A DNA stretch of 64,000 bases, taken from assembly GCF_000027125.1 (NCBI RefSeq), contig NC_017626.1. One strand, written 5' to 3'. The notes below the pieces were generated by a model, which did no database searches, was not told the origin of the DNA, and was given only the letters and a program-made list of their open reading frames with translations. Shown piece by piece: positions 45,868-57,890 of this stretch. Source of the DNA: Escherichia coli 042 (GTDB taxonomy: Bacteria; Pseudomonadota; Gammaproteobacteria; Enterobacterales; Enterobacteriaceae). Numbering within the stretch: position 1 is the stretch's first letter; each line of letters opens with the position of its first letter. A program made the translations under genes and the position numbers.

Positions 45868-46329
45868 ATGAAAAAGATATTACTTATGTTGAGTCTGCTA
45901 TTTTTTACTACCGCGGGCTTTAGTGAAGTTTCGGATACGTTAGTGACGGGAGGTTATGATAAACAAGCGATGTCTGACGCCATTCAACATGCGCGGAAAG
46001 AAACCGATCAATTCATCGAAGTTATGAATAAAAAAGATGCAGATACTTTCGCAGTCAAAGCCCCGATAACCGATCACGGAAGAACCGAGCATTTCTGGCT
46101 TACGGATGTCACTTATTCTAACGGCATATTTATTGGCGTAATAAGCAATGACCCTGGTATTGTTACAAACGTAGAATATGGTCAGGAGTGGAAAATCAAG
46201 AAAGAAGATATTTCAGACTGGATGTATACGCGCGGGGATAAAATTTACGGCGGTTATACCATTGATCCTTTATTGGTCACCTATCCAAAAGAAGAAGCCG
46301 ACGAGCTAAGAGCAAAATTAGTTCGCTAA
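45868..46329 (+). CDS. yegJ: DUF2314-family secreted protein YegJ
   Basis: 153 aa with an N-terminal signal peptide (MKKILLMLSLLFFTTAGFS). Confidence 0.8.
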   Translation: MKKILLMLSLLFFTTAGFSEVSDTLVTGGYDKQAMSDAIQHARKETDQFIEVMNKKDADTFAVKAPITDHGRTEHFWLTDVTYSNGIFIGVISNDPGIVTNVEYGQEWKIKKEDISDWMYTRGDKIYGGYTIDPLLVTYPKEEADELRAKLVR

Positions 46330-46356
46330 CCAGCCATTATATTGATTGCTTAAACT

Positions 46357-46384
46357 GGCGGTTGAACTGTTGTCTTCAACCGCC
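46357..46384. terminator. hairpin between convergent yegJ and yegK (possible bidirectional terminator)
   Basis: GGCGGTTGAA-ctgttgtc-TTCAACCGCC, a 10-bp perfect stem. Confidence 0.4.
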
Positions 46385-46393
46385 ATGCGATGT

Positions 46394-47155
46394 TCATTCT
46401 GTCCACAGCGCCAGTGCCAACGTTTTATCATCATCGGTACGCTCGTTTACCGCCGGGCTGGACAAAAACTGCTTTAACAATTCAGGTAATAAATCGAGTT
46501 GTTCCTGCGTTGCTGACGCCAGCCCATTGAAAAACGGGGTAAAGAAAGGCACATGGGGAGAATTATCCAGCATATTTAACGCCAGCCGCTGGATACCATC
46601 CGTAAAAGCTGCAACTTTGTGCGCACGCTCAGTGCTGGTGAAAGTTTCCAGTCTGGAAACCGCATCTTCATCAGTAATGAAGTGTGTCATATTGGCATAT
46701 TCACCCACCATCGGCGTGAGCGGCAGTTGCAGACCGTGCCCCAAATCTACCACCACGCCGCCATCGCCAATCTGCATAATCAGGGTGCCATTAGCTGATG
46801 AAATCAATCCCATAAACGTGCAGGCAAAATCTCGAACAGCTAATTCTTTGGCTTCCGCCTCGGCAAAAAGTCGCTGACGAATAGTCAGCACAATATCCGT
46901 TGCGAGGACATCATTAAGCCCAAATTCCCCGCCCTGCACTTTTTGCATCATATAAGCCATCGCTTCATTGACGGCAAGCATCGCACCTTCGCCACCCTGC
47001 GAGACGCTACCTGCGCCATCGGCGACAAATAACGTCAATAATGGCTGCTGGTCATTTAGCCAGGCAACCTGCATCTGGCAGGCATCCTGGCAAGGCAAGT
47101 CCGCGCTGATGTGCGACGTTCCAACGGTTGATGCATAGACCAGACGCCAGCTCAC
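46394..47155 (-). CDS. yegK: PP2C-family Ser/Thr protein phosphatase YegK
   Basis: 253 aa; 4-nt overlap with yegL. Confidence 0.85.
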   Translation of the reverse strand: MSWRLVYASTVGTSHISADLPCQDACQMQVAWLNDQQPLLTLFVADGAGSVSQGGEGAMLAVNEAMAYMMQKVQGGEFGLNDVLATDIVLTIRQRLFAEAEAKELAVRDFACTFMGLISSANGTLIMQIGDGGVVVDLGHGLQLPLTPMVGEYANMTHFITDEDAVSRLETFTSTERAHKVAAFTDGIQRLALNMLDNSPHVPFFTPFFNGLASATQEQLDLLPELLKQFLSSPAVNERTDDDKTLALALWTE

Positions 47156-47811
47156 ACTGACGTCCAGCCTTTTGGCGCTTCCAGCACAACTTCCGTTCCC
47201 GGCGTGGAGCGGGAAACCGAACGCAGTGAACTGGATAACCAGCTAAACAGTTCACGGAATTGTAATCCCTGCAGTGGCAAAGGCTGACGAACGCTGATTT
47301 GTGCCAAAGTCTTCATATCCGCCCCCTGAACACCGATGGAAAAGAAGGCAAACTTCTTATCTTCTTCCCCCTGAAACACTTTGTTGGCGGCAGCCTGCCA
47401 CTCATCGGTTGGAGCGCCATCGGTGATCAGGAAAATCCACGGGCGATAATACGAAATACCATTTGCACGATACTCACGTTTGCGCTCCTCTACCATATCC
47501 AGGGCTTTGGTAATGGCAGCGCCCATTGGTGTATCGCCCTGGGCAAACAGGATGGGTGGGAAAAAATTAGCGGCGCTGGTAAAGGGTTGTTCCACATGCA
47601 CCGGGCCGAACGTCACAATGCCGAGTTCCACTCTTTTTAAGGCCAGCGGGTCGGCAAGCAGCTCATCGCGAAAGGTAACCAATCCGGCATTAAGTTCATT
47701 AATAGGTCTTCCGCTCATCGAGCCAGAAACATCCAGCAACAAAATGCAGGGGCAACGTGGTTCCGGGTTACTGGCAAAATCGCTGGTGGCAAACATGATT
47801 TGTTCGCTCAT
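47152..47811 (-). CDS. yegL: von Willebrand factor A domain protein YegL
   Basis: 219 aa; vWA MIDAS-like motif DVSGSMSG near the N-terminus. Confidence 0.85.
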   Translation of the reverse strand: MSEQIMFATSDFASNPEPRCPCILLLDVSGSMSGRPINELNAGLVTFRDELLADPLALKRVELGIVTFGPVHVEQPFTSAANFFPPILFAQGDTPMGAAITKALDMVEERKREYRANGISYYRPWIFLITDGAPTDEWQAAANKVFQGEEDKKFAFFSIGVQGADMKTLAQISVRQPLPLQGLQFRELFSWLSSSLRSVSRSTPGTEVVLEAPKGWTSV

Positions 47812-47992
47812 AAGAAATCCTTTCTTAGAGAATTATTGAGGTCCGGTATCATACCGATTGCAATAATGAAATAAGAGCAAACGAAGAAACTTTCAGAATT
47901 AGGCCCGGCGGCGCAGAAAATTTTGCTATTCGCCTCGCAAGAACGAAGAGCCGTCGATTGACACTAAGGGCGGAGTGACATAATTTCAGGAG

Positions 47993-48134
47993 TGAGGGTT
48001 AGGGAGAGGTTTCCCCCTCCCCCTGGTGTTCTTAGTAAGCCTGGAAGCTAATCACTAAGAGTATCACCAGTATGATGACGTGCTTCATCATAACCCTTTC
48101 CTTATTAAAAGCCCTCTTCTCCGGGAGAGGGTTT
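47993..48134 (+). ncRNA. sibA: Sib antisense sRNA (type I antitoxin), unit 1 (SibA-like); coordinates approximate
   Basis: Sigma70-like promoter TTGACA (47958-47963), 17-nt spacer, TAATTT; fully antisense to ibs unit 1; ends at a stem-loop CCCTCT...AGAGGG followed by T residues. Confidence 0.7.
48032..48091 (-). CDS. ibsA: Ibs type I toxin peptide, 19 aa (MMKHVIILVILLVISFQAY)
   Basis: Manual translation of the minus strand; hydrophobic Ibs-family peptide encoded opposite the Sib RNA. Confidence 0.8.
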   Translation of the reverse strand: MMKHVIILVILLVISFQAY

Positions 48135-48327
48135 CCCGTTTCAGCGTCCCGCTGAAATCGTCGGCTTACCTCCTTTCGCCCTGAATGCAGTCTATCGCTA
48201 ACGCGTGAACAAAATAGTTTCCTCTGTGATTATTGCGTAACGACTCGCAAAGAATATTTGCTGGCAGGATCGCAGACTGCAAAGCCTGCAGATTGACAAT
48301 CTTATCGTGAAGGCATACTTTCAGGAG

Positions 48328-48465
48328 TGAGGGTAGAGCGGGGTTTCCCCCGCCCTGGTAGTCTTAGTATGCTGGGTAGCTAATCACTAAGAGCACCACG
48401 ATGATGAGTATCTTCATCATGACCCTTTCCTTATTTAAGGCCCCTTCCTCGGGAGGGGCTTTCCC
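48328..48465 (+). ncRNA. sibB: Sib antisense sRNA, unit 2 (SibB-like); coordinates approximate
   Basis: Promoter TTGACA (48293-48298), 17-nt spacer, TACTTT; terminator stem GCCCCT...AGGGGC plus T-run. Confidence 0.7.
48364..48420 (-). CDS. ibsB: Ibs type I toxin peptide, 18 aa (MMKILIIVVLLVISYPAY)
   Basis: Manual translation of the minus strand, antisense to Sib unit 2. Confidence 0.75.
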   Translation of the reverse strand: MMKILIIVVLLVISYPAY

Positions 48466-48655
48466 GTTTCAGCGTCCCGCTGAAATCGTCGGCTTACCTC
48501 CTTTCGCCCTGAATGCAGTCTATCGCTGACTTGCGGATAAAATAGTTTCCAGTGTGATTATTGCGTAACGTCTCGCAAAGAATATTTGCTGGCAGGATCG
48601 CAGACTGCAAAGCCTGCAGATTGACAATCTTATCGTGAAGGCATACTTTCAGGAG

Positions 48656-48793
48656 TGAGGGTAGAGCGGGGTTTCCCCCGCCCTGGTAGTCTTAGTAAGC
48701 TGGCCAGCTAATGACTAAGAGCACCACGATGATGAGTAGCTTCATCATGACCCTTTCCTTATTTATGGCCCCTTCCTCGGGAGGGGCTTTCCC
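48656..48793 (+). ncRNA. Sib antisense sRNA, unit 3 (additional SibB-like copy); coordinates approximate
   Basis: Near-identical to unit 2 with a 328-bp period; promoter and terminator are conserved. Confidence 0.65.
48692..48748 (-). CDS. Ibs type I toxin peptide, 18 aa (MMKLLIIVVLLVISWPAY)
   Basis: Manual translation; differs from the unit 2 peptide at two positions. Confidence 0.75.
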   Translation of the reverse strand: MMKLLIIVVLLVISWPAY

Positions 48794-48955
48794 GTTTCAG
48801 CGTCCCGCTGAAATCATCGGCTTACCTCCTTTCGCCATGCACGTAGTCTATCGCTAACGCGTAGATAAAATAGTTTCATGTGTTATTACTGGATGCGTGC
48901 TCGCAAATGTGCCCGTCATTCAGACGATTCCCGACAGTGTTTCATAATTCCTCCA

Positions 48956-48973
48956 TTTTTCTCCCTTATTGGC
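48956..48973 (+). promoter_or_regulatory. BaeR box in the mdtA promoter
   Basis: TTTTTCTCCCTTATTGGC matches the BaeR consensus TTTTTCTCCATDATTGGC at 17 of 18 positions, about 55 bp upstream of the mdtA start. Confidence 0.7.
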
Positions 48974-49026
48974 TGGCTACACTAGTATCATTCCGCGAAA
49001 CGTTTCAGGAAGAGAAACTCTTAACG

Positions 49027-50274
49027 ATGAAAGGCAGTTATAAATCCCGTTGGGTAATCGTAATCGTGGTGGTTATCGCCGCCATCGCCGCATTCTGGTT
49101 CTGGCAAGGCCGCAATGACTCCCAGAGTGCAGCCCCAGGGGCGACGAAACAAGCGCAGCAATCGCCAGCGGGTGGTCGCCGTGGTATGCGTTCCGGCCCA
49201 TTAGCCCCGGTTCAGGCGGCGACCGCCGTAGAACAGGCAGTTCCGCGTTACCTCACCGGGCTTGGCACCATTACCGCCGCTAATACTGTTACGGTGCGCA
49301 GCCGCGTGGACGGTCAACTGATGGCGTTACATTTCCAGGAAGGCCAGCAGGTCAAAGCAGGCGATTTACTGGCAGAAATTGACCCCAGCCAGTTCAAAGT
49401 TGCATTAGCACAAGCCCAGGGCCAACTGGCAAAAGATAAAGCCACGCTTGCTAACGCCCGCCGTGATCTGGCGCGTTATCAGCAACTGGCAAAAACCAAT
49501 CTCGTATCCCGTCAGGAGCTGGATGCCCAACAGGCGCTGGTCAGTGAAACCGAAGGCACCATTAAGGCTGATGAAGCAAGCGTCGCCAGCGCACAGCTGC
49601 AACTCGACTGGAGCCGCATCACCGCACCAGTCGATGGTCGCGTTGGTCTCAAGCAGGTTGATGTTGGTAACCAAATCTCCAGTGGTGATACCACCGGGAT
49701 TGTAGTGATCACCCAGACGCATCCTATCGATTTGCTCTTTACCCTGCCGGAAAGCGATATCACTACCGTAGTACAGGCGCAAAAAGCCGGAAAACCGCTG
49801 GTTGTTGAAGCCTGGGATCGCACCAACTCGAAGAAATTAAGTGAAGGCACGCTGTTAAGCCTCGATAACCAAATCGATGCCACTACCGGTACGATTAAAG
49901 TGAAAGCACGCTTTAATAATCAGGATGATGCGCTGTTTCCCAATCAGTTTGTTAACGCGCGTATGTTAGTCGACACCGAACAAAACGCCGTAGTGATCCC
50001 AACAGCCGCCCTGCAAATGGGCAATGAAGGCCATTTTGTCTGGGTGCTGAATAGCGAAAACAAGGTCAGCAAACATCTGGTGACGCCGGGCATTCAGGAC
50101 AGTCAGAAAGTGGTGATCCGCGCAGGTATTTCTGCGGGCGACCGCGTAGTGACGGACGGAATTGATCGCCTGACCGAAGGGGCGAAAGTGGAAGTGGTTG
50201 AAGCTCAAAGCGCCACCACTTCGGAAGAGAAAGCCACCAGCCGCGAATACGCGAAAAAAGGAGCACGCTCCTGA
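49027..50274 (+). CDS. mdtA: RND efflux membrane fusion protein MdtA
   Basis: Start trimmed to [14 protein letters not shown] (ATG at 49027), 415 aa. Confidence 0.9.
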   Translation: MKGSYKSRWVIVIVVVIAAIAAFWFWQGRNDSQSAAPGATKQAQQSPAGGRRGMRSGPLAPVQAATAVEQAVPRYLTGLGTITAANTVTVRSRVDGQLMALHFQEGQQVKAGDLLAEIDPSQFKVALAQAQGQLAKDKATLANARRDLARYQQLAKTNLVSRQELDAQQALVSETEGTIKADEASVASAQLQLDWSRITAPVDGRVGLKQVDVGNQISSGDTTGIVVITQTHPIDLLFTLPESDITTVVQAQKAGKPLVVEAWDRTNSKKLSEGTLLSLDNQIDATTGTIKVKARFNNQDDALFPNQFVNARMLVDTEQNAVVIPTAALQMGNEGHFVWVLNSENKVSKHLVTPGIQDSQKVVIRAGISAGDRVVTDGIDRLTEGAKVEVVEAQSATTSEEKATSREYAKKGARS

Positions 50275-53200
50275 TGCAGGTGTTACCCCCGAGCAGCACA
50301 GGCGGCCCGTCGCGCCTGTTTATTATGCGTCCTGTCGCCACCACGCTGCTGATGGTGGCGATCTTACTCGCCGGGATTATCGGTTATCGCGCCCTGCCCG
50401 TTTCGGCGCTGCCGGAAGTGGACTATCCAACCATTCAGGTAGTCACGCTCTACCCAGGTGCGAGCCCGGATGTCATGACCTCTGCCGTTACCGCGCCGCT
50501 TGAACGCCAGTTTGGGCAGATGTCTGGCCTGAAACAGATGTCGTCGCAAAGTTCCGGCGGTGCGTCAGTTATCACCTTACAGTTCCAGCTAACATTACCG
50601 CTCGATGTCGCCGAGCAGGAAGTGCAGGCCGCGATTAACGCTGCGACCAACTTGTTGCCGAGCGATCTGCCTAACCCGCCGGTTTACAGCAAAGTGAACC
50701 CGGCAGATCCACCAATCATGACGCTCGCCGTCACCTCAACCGCCATGCCAATGACGCAAGTGGAAGATATGGTGGAAACCCGCGTCGCGCAGAAAATCTC
50801 GCAGATTTCCGGCGTCGGCCTGGTGACACTTTCCGGCGGTCAGCGTCCGGCTGTTCGCGTCAAACTTAACGCTCAGGCGATTGCCGCCCTCGGCCTGACC
50901 AGCGAAACCGTGCGCACCGCCATTACCGGCGCTAACGTTAACTCGGCAAAAGGTAGCCTCGACGGCCCTTCCCGTGCGGTTACGCTTTCCGCGAACGACC
51001 AGATGCAATCCGCCGAAGAGTATCGCCAGCTAATCATCGCCTACCAGAACGGCGCACCGATTCGTCTGGGCGATGTCGCAACCGTAGAGCAAGGTGCAGA
51101 AAACAGCTGGCTCGGCGCATGGGCGAATAAAGAACAGGCCATTGTGATGAATGTTCAGCGCCAGCCCGGTGCTAACATTATCTCCACCGCCGACAGCATC
51201 CGGCAGATGCTGCCACAGCTCACCGAGAGTCTGCCGAAATCGGTGAAGGTGACGGTACTTTCTGACCGTACCACCAATATCCGCGCATCCGTCGATGATA
51301 CTCAGTTTGAATTGATGATGGCTATCGCGCTGGTAGTCATGATTATCTACCTGTTTTTGCGCAATATTCCGGCGACCATCATTCCCGGCGTCGCAGTGCC
51401 GCTGTCGTTAATCGGCACCTTCGCGGTCATGGTGTTTCTCGATTTTTCAATCAATAACCTGACGCTGATGGCGTTAACTATCGCCACCGGATTTGTGGTC
51501 GATGACGCCATCGTGGTGATCGAAAACATTTCCCGCTATATCGAAAAAGGCGAAAAACCGCTGGCGGCAGCGCTCAAGGGCGCGGGTGAAATCGGCTTTA
51601 CCATTATCTCGCTGACCTTCTCACTGATTGCGGTGTTGATCCCACTGCTGTTTATGGGCGATATCGTCGGGCGACTGTTCCGCGAATTTGCTATTACACT
51701 GGCGGTCGCGATTTTGATCTCAGCCGTGGTGTCGCTGACCCTGACGCCGATGATGTGCGCACGGATGCTCAGCCAGGAGTCGCTGCGTAAACAGAACCGC
51801 TTCTCCCGTGCCTCGGAGAAAATGTTCGACAGAATAATCGCCGCCTATGGTCGTGGACTGGCGAAAGTGCTGAATCATCCGTGGCTGACTTTAAGCGTAG
51901 CGCTCAGCACGCTGCTGCTTAGCGTTCTCTTGTGGGTGTTCATTCCGAAAGGTTTCTTCCCGGTACAGGACAACGGCATTATTCAGGGTACTTTGCAGGC
52001 ACCGCAATCCAGTTCCTTTGCCAATATGGCCCAGCGGCAACGCCAGGTTGCAGACGTGATTTTGCAGGATCCGGCGGTGCAAAGTTTGACCTCGTTTGTT
52101 GGCGTTGACGGCACTAACCCATCGCTGAACAGTGCGCGTTTGCAGATCAACCTCAAACCGCTGGATGAGCGTGATGACCGGGTGCAAAAAGTCATCGCTC
52201 GTTTGCAAACGGCGGTAGATAAAGTGCCGGGCGTCGATCTCTTCCTGCAACCAACGCAGGACCTGACCATCGATACTCAGGTCAGCCGCACCCAGTACCA
52301 GTTTACCTTGCAGGCAACTACACTGGATGCACTCAGCACCTGGGTGCCACAGTTGATGGAAAAACTCCAGCAGTTGCCACAGCTTTCTGATGTCTCCAGC
52401 GACTGGCAGGACCAAGGGCTGGTGGCGTATGTCAATGTTGATCGCGACAGCGCCAGCCGTCTGGGGATCAGCATGGCGGATGTCGATAACGCCCTGTACA
52501 ACGCGTTTGGTCAGCGGCTGATTTCCACTATTTATACTCAGGCTAACCAGTATCGCGTGGTGCTGGAACACAACACCGAAAATACCCCAGGCCTCGCGGC
52601 GCTGGATACCATTCGCCTGACCAGCAGCGACGGCGGCGTGGTGCCGCTAAGCTCAATTGCCAAAATTGAGCAGCGTTTTGCGCCGCTCTCCATCAACCAT
52701 CTGGATCAGTTCCCGGTAACGACTATCTCCTTTAACGTGCCGGATAACTATTCGCTGGGCGATGCGGTGCAGGCGATTATGGACACCGAAAAGACGCTGA
52801 ATCTGCCGGTGGATATCACCACGCAGTTCCAGGGCAGCACCCTCGCCTTCCAGTCGGCGCTGGGCAGCACTGTCTGGCTGATTGTCGCGGCGGTGGTGGC
52901 GATGTATATCGTGCTCGGCATTCTGTACGAGAGCTTTATTCACCCGATAACCATTCTCTCGACGCTACCCACCGCAGGGGTCGGCGCGCTGCTGGCATTA
53001 ATGATTGCCGGTAGCGAACTGGATGTGATCGCCATTATCGGCATTATTTTGCTGATCGGTATCGTGAAGAAGAACGCCATCATGATGATCGACTTCGCGC
53101 TGGCTGCCGAGCGCGAGCAAGGCATGTCGCCGCGCGATGCTATTTACCAGGCTTGTCTGTTGCGTTTTCGTCCGATCCTGATGACCACTCTGGCGGCTCT

Positions 53201-53396
53201 GCTTGGCGCGCTGCCGCTGATGTTAAGTACCGGGGTCGGCGCGGAACTGCGTCGTCCGTTAGGTATCGGCATGGTCGGCGGTCTGATAGTCAGCCAGGTG
53301 CTGACGCTGTTTACCACGCCGGTGATTTATTTGCTGTTCGACCGCCTGGCATTGTGGACCAAAAGCCGCTTTGCTCGTCATGAAGAGGAGGCGTAA
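50274..53396 (+). CDS. mdtB: RND efflux transporter MdtB
   Basis: 1040 aa, twelve-helix RND permease architecture. Confidence 0.92.
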   Translation: MQVLPPSSTGGPSRLFIMRPVATTLLMVAILLAGIIGYRALPVSALPEVDYPTIQVVTLYPGASPDVMTSAVTAPLERQFGQMSGLKQMSSQSSGGASVITLQFQLTLPLDVAEQEVQAAINAATNLLPSDLPNPPVYSKVNPADPPIMTLAVTSTAMPMTQVEDMVETRVAQKISQISGVGLVTLSGGQRPAVRVKLNAQAIAALGLTSETVRTAITGANVNSAKGSLDGPSRAVTLSANDQMQSAEEYRQLIIAYQNGAPIRLGDVATVEQGAENSWLGAWANKEQAIVMNVQRQPGANIISTADSIRQMLPQLTESLPKSVKVTVLSDRTTNIRASVDDTQFELMMAIALVVMIIYLFLRNIPATIIPGVAVPLSLIGTFAVMVFLDFSINNLTLMALTIATGFVVDDAIVVIENISRYIEKGEKPLAAALKGAGEIGFTIISLTFSLIAVLIPLLFMGDIVGRLFREFAITLAVAILISAVVSLTLTPMMCARMLSQESLRKQNRFSRASEKMFDRIIAAYGRGLAKVLNHPWLTLSVALSTLLLSVLLWVFIPKGFFPVQDNGIIQGTLQAPQSSSFANMAQRQRQVADVILQDPAVQSLTSFVGVDGTNPSLNSARLQINLKPLDERDDRVQKVIARLQTAVDKVPGVDLFLQPTQDLTIDTQVSRTQYQFTLQATTLDALSTWVPQLMEKLQQLPQLSDVSSDWQDQGLVAYVNVDRDSASRLGISMADVDNALYNAFGQRLISTIYTQANQYRVVLEHNTENTPGLAALDTIRLTSSDGGVVPLSSIAKIEQRFAPLSINHLDQFPVTTISFNVPDNYSLGDAVQAIMDTEKTLNLPVDITTQFQGSTLAFQSALGSTVWLIVAAVVAMYIVLGILYESFIHPITILSTLPTAGVGALLALMIAGSELDVIAIIGIILLIGIVKKNAIMMIDFALAAEREQGMSPRDAIYQACLLRFRPILMTTLAALLGALPLMLSTGVGAELRRPLGIGMVGGLIVSQVLTLFTTPVIYLLFDRLALWTKSRFARHEEEA

Positions 53397-56300
53397 GTGA
53401 AGTTTTTTGCCCTCTTCATTTACCGCCCGGTGGCGACGATTTTACTGTCGGTCGCCATTACCCTGTGCGGCATACTGGGCTTCCGTATGCTGCCGGTCGC
53501 CCCACTGCCGCAGGTCGATTTTCCGGTGATTATGGTCAGCGCCTCGCTGCCCGGTGCATCGCCGGAGACAATGGCGTCTTCCGTTGCCACACCGCTGGAG
53601 CGCTCACTTGGGCGCATTGCCGGGGTTAGTGAAATGACCTCCAGTAGTTCGCTCGGCAGCACGCGCATTATTTTGCAGTTTGATTTTGATCGGGATATTA
53701 ACGGCGCAGCGCGCGATGTGCAGGCGGCGATCAACGCCGCGCAAAGTCTGCTACCCAGCGGGATGCCCAGCCGTCCGACCTACCGCAAAGCGAACCCGTC
53801 GGATGCGCCAATTATGATCCTCACGCTGACATCCGATACTTATTCGCAGGGTGAACTGTACGATTTTGCCTCGACGCAGCTGGCTCCGACGATTTCGCAA
53901 ATCGACGGCGTCGGTGATGTCGATGTTGGCGGCAGCTCACTGCCCGCCGTGCGCGTCGGGCTGAATCCGCAGGCGCTGTTTAATCAGGGCGTCTCGCTGG
54001 ACGATGTGCGCACTGCCATCAGCAATGCCAACGTGCGTAAACCGCAGGGGGCGCTGGAAGATGGCACTCACCGCTGGCAGATCCAGACTAACGATGAACT
54101 GAAAACCGCTGCTGAATATCAGCCGCTGATTATTCATTACAACAACGGCGGCGCGGTTCGTCTGGGCGATGTGGCGACGGTGACCGACTCAGTGCAGGAT
54201 GTGCGCAACGCTGGGATGACCAACGCCAAACCGGCTATTTTGCTGATGATCCGCAAGCTGCCGGAAGCCAATATTATCCAGACGGTTGACAGCATCCGGA
54301 CAAAATTACCGGAGTTGCAGGAGACCATTCCGGCGGCGATTGATCTGCAAATTGCCCAGGATCGCTCCCCCACCATTCGCGCCTCGCTGGAAGAAGTCGA
54401 GCAAACGCTGATTATCTCGGTGGCGCTGGTGATTCTGGTGGTCTTTTTATTCCTGCGCTCGGGTCGCGCCACTATTATTCCCGCCGTTGCAGTGCCGGTT
54501 TCGCTGATTGGTACGTTTGCGGCGATGTACCTGTGCGGTTTCAGTCTCAATAATCTTTCGTTAATGGCGCTCACCATCGCTACTGGTTTCGTGGTGGATG
54601 ACGCGATCGTGGTGCTGGAAAACATTGCACGTCATCTGGAAGCGGGGATGAAACCGCTACAGGCCGCGCTGCAAGGTACCAGTGAAGTCGGATTTACGGT
54701 GCTATCGATGAGTCTGTCACTGGTGGCGGTGTTCCTGCCGCTACTGTTGATGGGCGGATTGCCGGGCCGCCTGTTACGCGAATTTGCCGTGACGCTTTCT
54801 GTCGCCATTGGGATTTCGTTGCTGGTTTCCCTGACGCTAACGCCAATGATGTGTGGCTGGATGCTGAAAGCCAGCAAGCCGCGCGAGCAAAAGCGTCTGC
54901 GTGGTTTTGGTCGCATGTTGGTAGCCCTGCAACAAAGCTACGGCAAGTCACTGAAATGGGTGCTTAATCATACCCGTCTGGTGGGCGTGGTGCTGCTTGG
55001 CACCATTGCTTTGAATATCTGGCTGTATATCTCGATCCCGAAAACCTTCTTCCCGGAGCAGGACACCGGCGTGTTGATGGGCGGGATACAGGCGGATCAG
55101 AGTATTTCGTTTCAGGCGATGCGCGGTAAGTTGCAGGATTTCATGAAAATTATCCGTGACGATCCGGCAGTGGATAATGTCACCGGATTTACCGGCGGTT
55201 CGCGGGTGAACAGCGGGATGATGTTTATCACCCTCAAGCCACGCGGCGAACGCAGCGAAACGGCGCAGCAAATTATCGACCGTCTGCGCGTGAAGCTGGC
55301 GAAAGAACCGGGGGCTAATCTGTTCCTGATGGCGGTACAGGATATTCGCGTTGGCGGACGTCAGTCGAACGCCAGCTACCAGTACACGTTGTTATCCGAC
55401 GACCTGGCGGCACTGCGCGAATGGGAGCCGAAAATCCGCAAAAAACTGGCGACGTTGCCGGAACTGGCGGACGTGAACTCCGATCAGCAGGATAACGGCG
55501 CGGAGATGAATCTGGTTTACGACCGCGACACCATGGCACGGCTGGGAATCGACGTACAGGCCGCCAACAGTCTATTAAATAACGCCTTCGGTCAGCGGCA
55601 AATCTCGACCATTTACCAGCCGATGAACCAGTATAAAGTGGTGATGGAAGTGGATCCGCGCTATACCCAGGACATCAGTGCGCTGGAAAAAATGTTCGTT
55701 ATCAATAACGAAGGAAAAGCGATCCCGCTGTCGTATTTCGCTAAATGGCAACCGGCGAATGCTCCGCTGTCGGTGAATCATCAAGGATTATCGGCAGCCT
55801 CGACCATCTCGTTCAACCTGCCGACCGGAAAATCGCTCTCGGACGCCAGTGCGGCGATCGATCGCGCAATGACCCAGCTTGGTGTGCCTTCGACGGTGCG
55901 CGGCAGTTTTGCCGGCACGGCGCAGGTGTTCCAGGAGACGATGAACTCACAGGTGATCCTGATTATCGCCGCCATCGCCACGGTGTATATCGTGCTGGGT
56001 ATCCTTTACGAGAGTTACGTACATCCGCTGACGATTCTCTCCACCCTGCCCTCGGCGGGCGTTGGAGCGCTGTTGGCGCTGGAGCTGTTCAATGCCCCGT
56101 TCAGCCTAATCGCCCTGATAGGGATCATGCTATTAATCGGCATCGTAAAGAAAAACGCCATCATGATGGTCGATTTTGCGCTTGAAGCCCAACGGCACGG
56201 TAACCTGACGCCGCAGGAAGCTATTTTCCAGGCCTGTCTGCTGCGTTTTCGCCCGATTATGATGACTACCCTGGCGGCGCTGTTTGGTGCGCTGCCGCTG

Positions 56301-56474
56301 GTATTGTCGGGCGGTGACGGCTCGGAGCTGCGGCAACCATTGGGGATCACCATTGTCGGCGGTCTGGTAATGAGCCAGCTTCTGACGCTGTATACCACGC
56401 CGGTGGTGTATCTCTTTTTCGACCGTCTACGGCTGCGTTTTTCGCGTAAACCTAAACAAACGGTAACCGAGTAA
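53397..56474 (+). CDS. mdtC: RND efflux transporter MdtC
   Basis: 1025 aa RND permease paralogous to MdtB. Confidence 0.92.
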   Translation: MKFFALFIYRPVATILLSVAITLCGILGFRMLPVAPLPQVDFPVIMVSASLPGASPETMASSVATPLERSLGRIAGVSEMTSSSSLGSTRIILQFDFDRDINGAARDVQAAINAAQSLLPSGMPSRPTYRKANPSDAPIMILTLTSDTYSQGELYDFASTQLAPTISQIDGVGDVDVGGSSLPAVRVGLNPQALFNQGVSLDDVRTAISNANVRKPQGALEDGTHRWQIQTNDELKTAAEYQPLIIHYNNGGAVRLGDVATVTDSVQDVRNAGMTNAKPAILLMIRKLPEANIIQTVDSIRTKLPELQETIPAAIDLQIAQDRSPTIRASLEEVEQTLIISVALVILVVFLFLRSGRATIIPAVAVPVSLIGTFAAMYLCGFSLNNLSLMALTIATGFVVDDAIVVLENIARHLEAGMKPLQAALQGTSEVGFTVLSMSLSLVAVFLPLLLMGGLPGRLLREFAVTLSVAIGISLLVSLTLTPMMCGWMLKASKPREQKRLRGFGRMLVALQQSYGKSLKWVLNHTRLVGVVLLGTIALNIWLYISIPKTFFPEQDTGVLMGGIQADQSISFQAMRGKLQDFMKIIRDDPAVDNVTGFTGGSRVNSGMMFITLKPRGERSETAQQIIDRLRVKLAKEPGANLFLMAVQDIRVGGRQSNASYQYTLLSDDLAALREWEPKIRKKLATLPELADVNSDQQDNGAEMNLVYDRDTMARLGIDVQAANSLLNNAFGQRQISTIYQPMNQYKVVMEVDPRYTQDISALEKMFVINNEGKAIPLSYFAKWQPANAPLSVNHQGLSAASTISFNLPTGKSLSDASAAIDRAMTQLGVPSTVRGSFAGTAQVFQETMNSQVILIIAAIATVYIVLGILYESYVHPLTILSTLPSAGVGALLALELFNAPFSLIALIGIMLLIGIVKKNAIMMVDFALEAQRHGNLTPQEAIFQACLLRFRPIMMTTLAALFGALPLVLSGGDGSELRQPLGITIVGGLVMSQLLTLYTTPVVYLFFDRLRLRFSRKPKQTVTE

Positions 56475-57890
56475 ATGACAGATCTTCCCGACAGCACCCG
56501 CTGGCAATTGTGGATTGTGGCTTTCGGCTTCTTTATGCAGTCGCTGGACACCACCATCGTCAACACCGCGCTTCCCTCAATGGCGCAAAGCCTCGGGGAA
56601 AGTCCGCTACATATGCACATGGTCATTGTCTCTTATGTGCTGACCGTGGCGGTGATGCTGCCCGCCAGCGGCTGGCTGGCGGACAAAGTCGGCGTGCGCA
56701 ATATTTTCTTTACCGCCATCGTGCTGTTTACTCTCGGTTCACTGTTTTGCGCGCTTTCCGGCACGCTGAACGAACTGTTACTGGCACGCGCGTTACAGGG
56801 CGTTGGCGGTGCGATGATGGTGCCGGTCGGAAGGCTTACGGTGATGAAAATCGTACCGCGCGAGCAATATATGGCGGCGATGACCTTTGTCACGTTACCC
56901 GGTCAGGTCGGTCCGCTGCTGGGTCCGGCGCTCGGCGGTCTGCTGGTGGAGTACGCATCGTGGCACTGGATCTTTTTGATCAACATTCCGGTGGGAATTA
57001 TCGGCGCGATCGCCACACTGATGTTAATGCCGAACTACACCATGCAGACGCGGCGCTTCGATCTTTCCGGCTTTTTATTGCTGGCGGTTGGCATGGCGGT
57101 ATTAACCCTGGCGCTGGACGGCAGTAAAGGTACAGGTTTATCGCCGCTGGCGATTACTGGCCTGGTCGCTGTTGGCGTGGTAGCACTGGTGCTTTATCTG
57201 CTGCACGCCAGAAATAACAACCGCGCTCTTTTCAGTCTGAAACTGTTCCGCACTCGTACCTTTTCGCTGGGCCTGGCGGGGAGCTTTGCCGGACGTATCG
57301 GTAGCGGCATGTTGCCCTTTATGACGCCGGTTTTCCTGCAAATTGGCCTTGGCTTCTCACCGTTTCATGCCGGACTGATGATGATCCCGATGGTGCTCGG
57401 CAGCATGGGGATGAAGCGAATTGTGGTACAGGTAGTGAATCGCTTTGGTTATCGTCGGGTACTGGTGGCGACCACGCTGGGTCTGTCGCTGGTCACCCTG
57501 TTGTTTATGACTACCGCCCTGCTGGGCTGGTACTACGTTTTGCCGTTCGTCCTGTTTTTACAAGGGATGGTCAACTCGACCCGTTTCTCCTCCATGAACA
57601 CCCTGACGCTGAAAGATCTCCCGGACAATCTGGCGAGCAGCGGCAACAGTCTGCTGTCGATGATTATGCAATTGTCGATGAGTATCGGCGTCACCATCGC
57701 CGGGCTGTTGCTGGGGCTTTTTGGTTCGCAGCATGTCAGCATCGACAGCGGCACCACACAAACCGTCTTTATGTACACCTGGCTTAGCATGGCGTTGATC
57801 ATCGCCCTTCCGGCGTTCATCTTTGCCAGAGTGCCGAACGATACGCATCAAAATGTAGCTATTTCGCGGCGAAAAAGGAGCGCGCAATGA
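56475..57890 (+). CDS. mdtD: MFS transporter MdtD
   Basis: 471 aa major facilitator superfamily protein. Confidence 0.9.
   Translation: MTDLPDSTRWQLWIVAFGFFMQSLDTTIVNTALPSMAQSLGESPLHMHMVIVSYVLTVAVMLPASGWLADKVGVRNIFFTAIVLFTLGSLFCALSGTLNELLLARALQGVGGAMMVPVGRLTVMKIVPREQYMAAMTFVTLPGQVGPLLGPALGGLLVEYASWHWIFLINIPVGIIGAIATLMLMPNYTMQTRRFDLSGFLLLAVGMAVLTLALDGSKGTGLSPLAITGLVAVGVVALVLYLLHARNNNRALFSLKLFRTRTFSLGLAGSFAGRIGSGMLPFMTPVFLQIGLGFSPFHAGLMMIPMVLGSMGMKRIVVQVVNRFGYRRVLVATTLGLSLVTLLFMTTALLGWYYVLPFVLFLQGMVNSTRFSSMNTLTLKDLPDNLASSGNSLLSMIMQLSMSIGVTIAGLLLGLFGSQHVSIDSGTTQTVFMYTWLSMALIIALPAFIFARVPNDTHQNVAISRRKRSAQ

Noticed and set aside
47940-48930. Possible CRISPR array suggested by the regular tandem repeats
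   Set aside because: The repeat period is ~330 bp with promoters, terminators and peptide ORFs in each unit, and there is no short repeat-spacer structure or cas gene; these are sib/ibs units.
48880-49026. N-terminal extensions in ORF-track calls (mdtA 48880, cpsG 17117, wzc 29812, wcaD 25023, udk 37753, yegH 31960, yegD 42293, yegP 60150, yegQ 60527, yegR 62906, galF 8429)
   Set aside because: Each extension is the longest-ORF artefact; the internal start gives the known protein N-terminus and length and avoids overlap with neighbouring genes or promoters.
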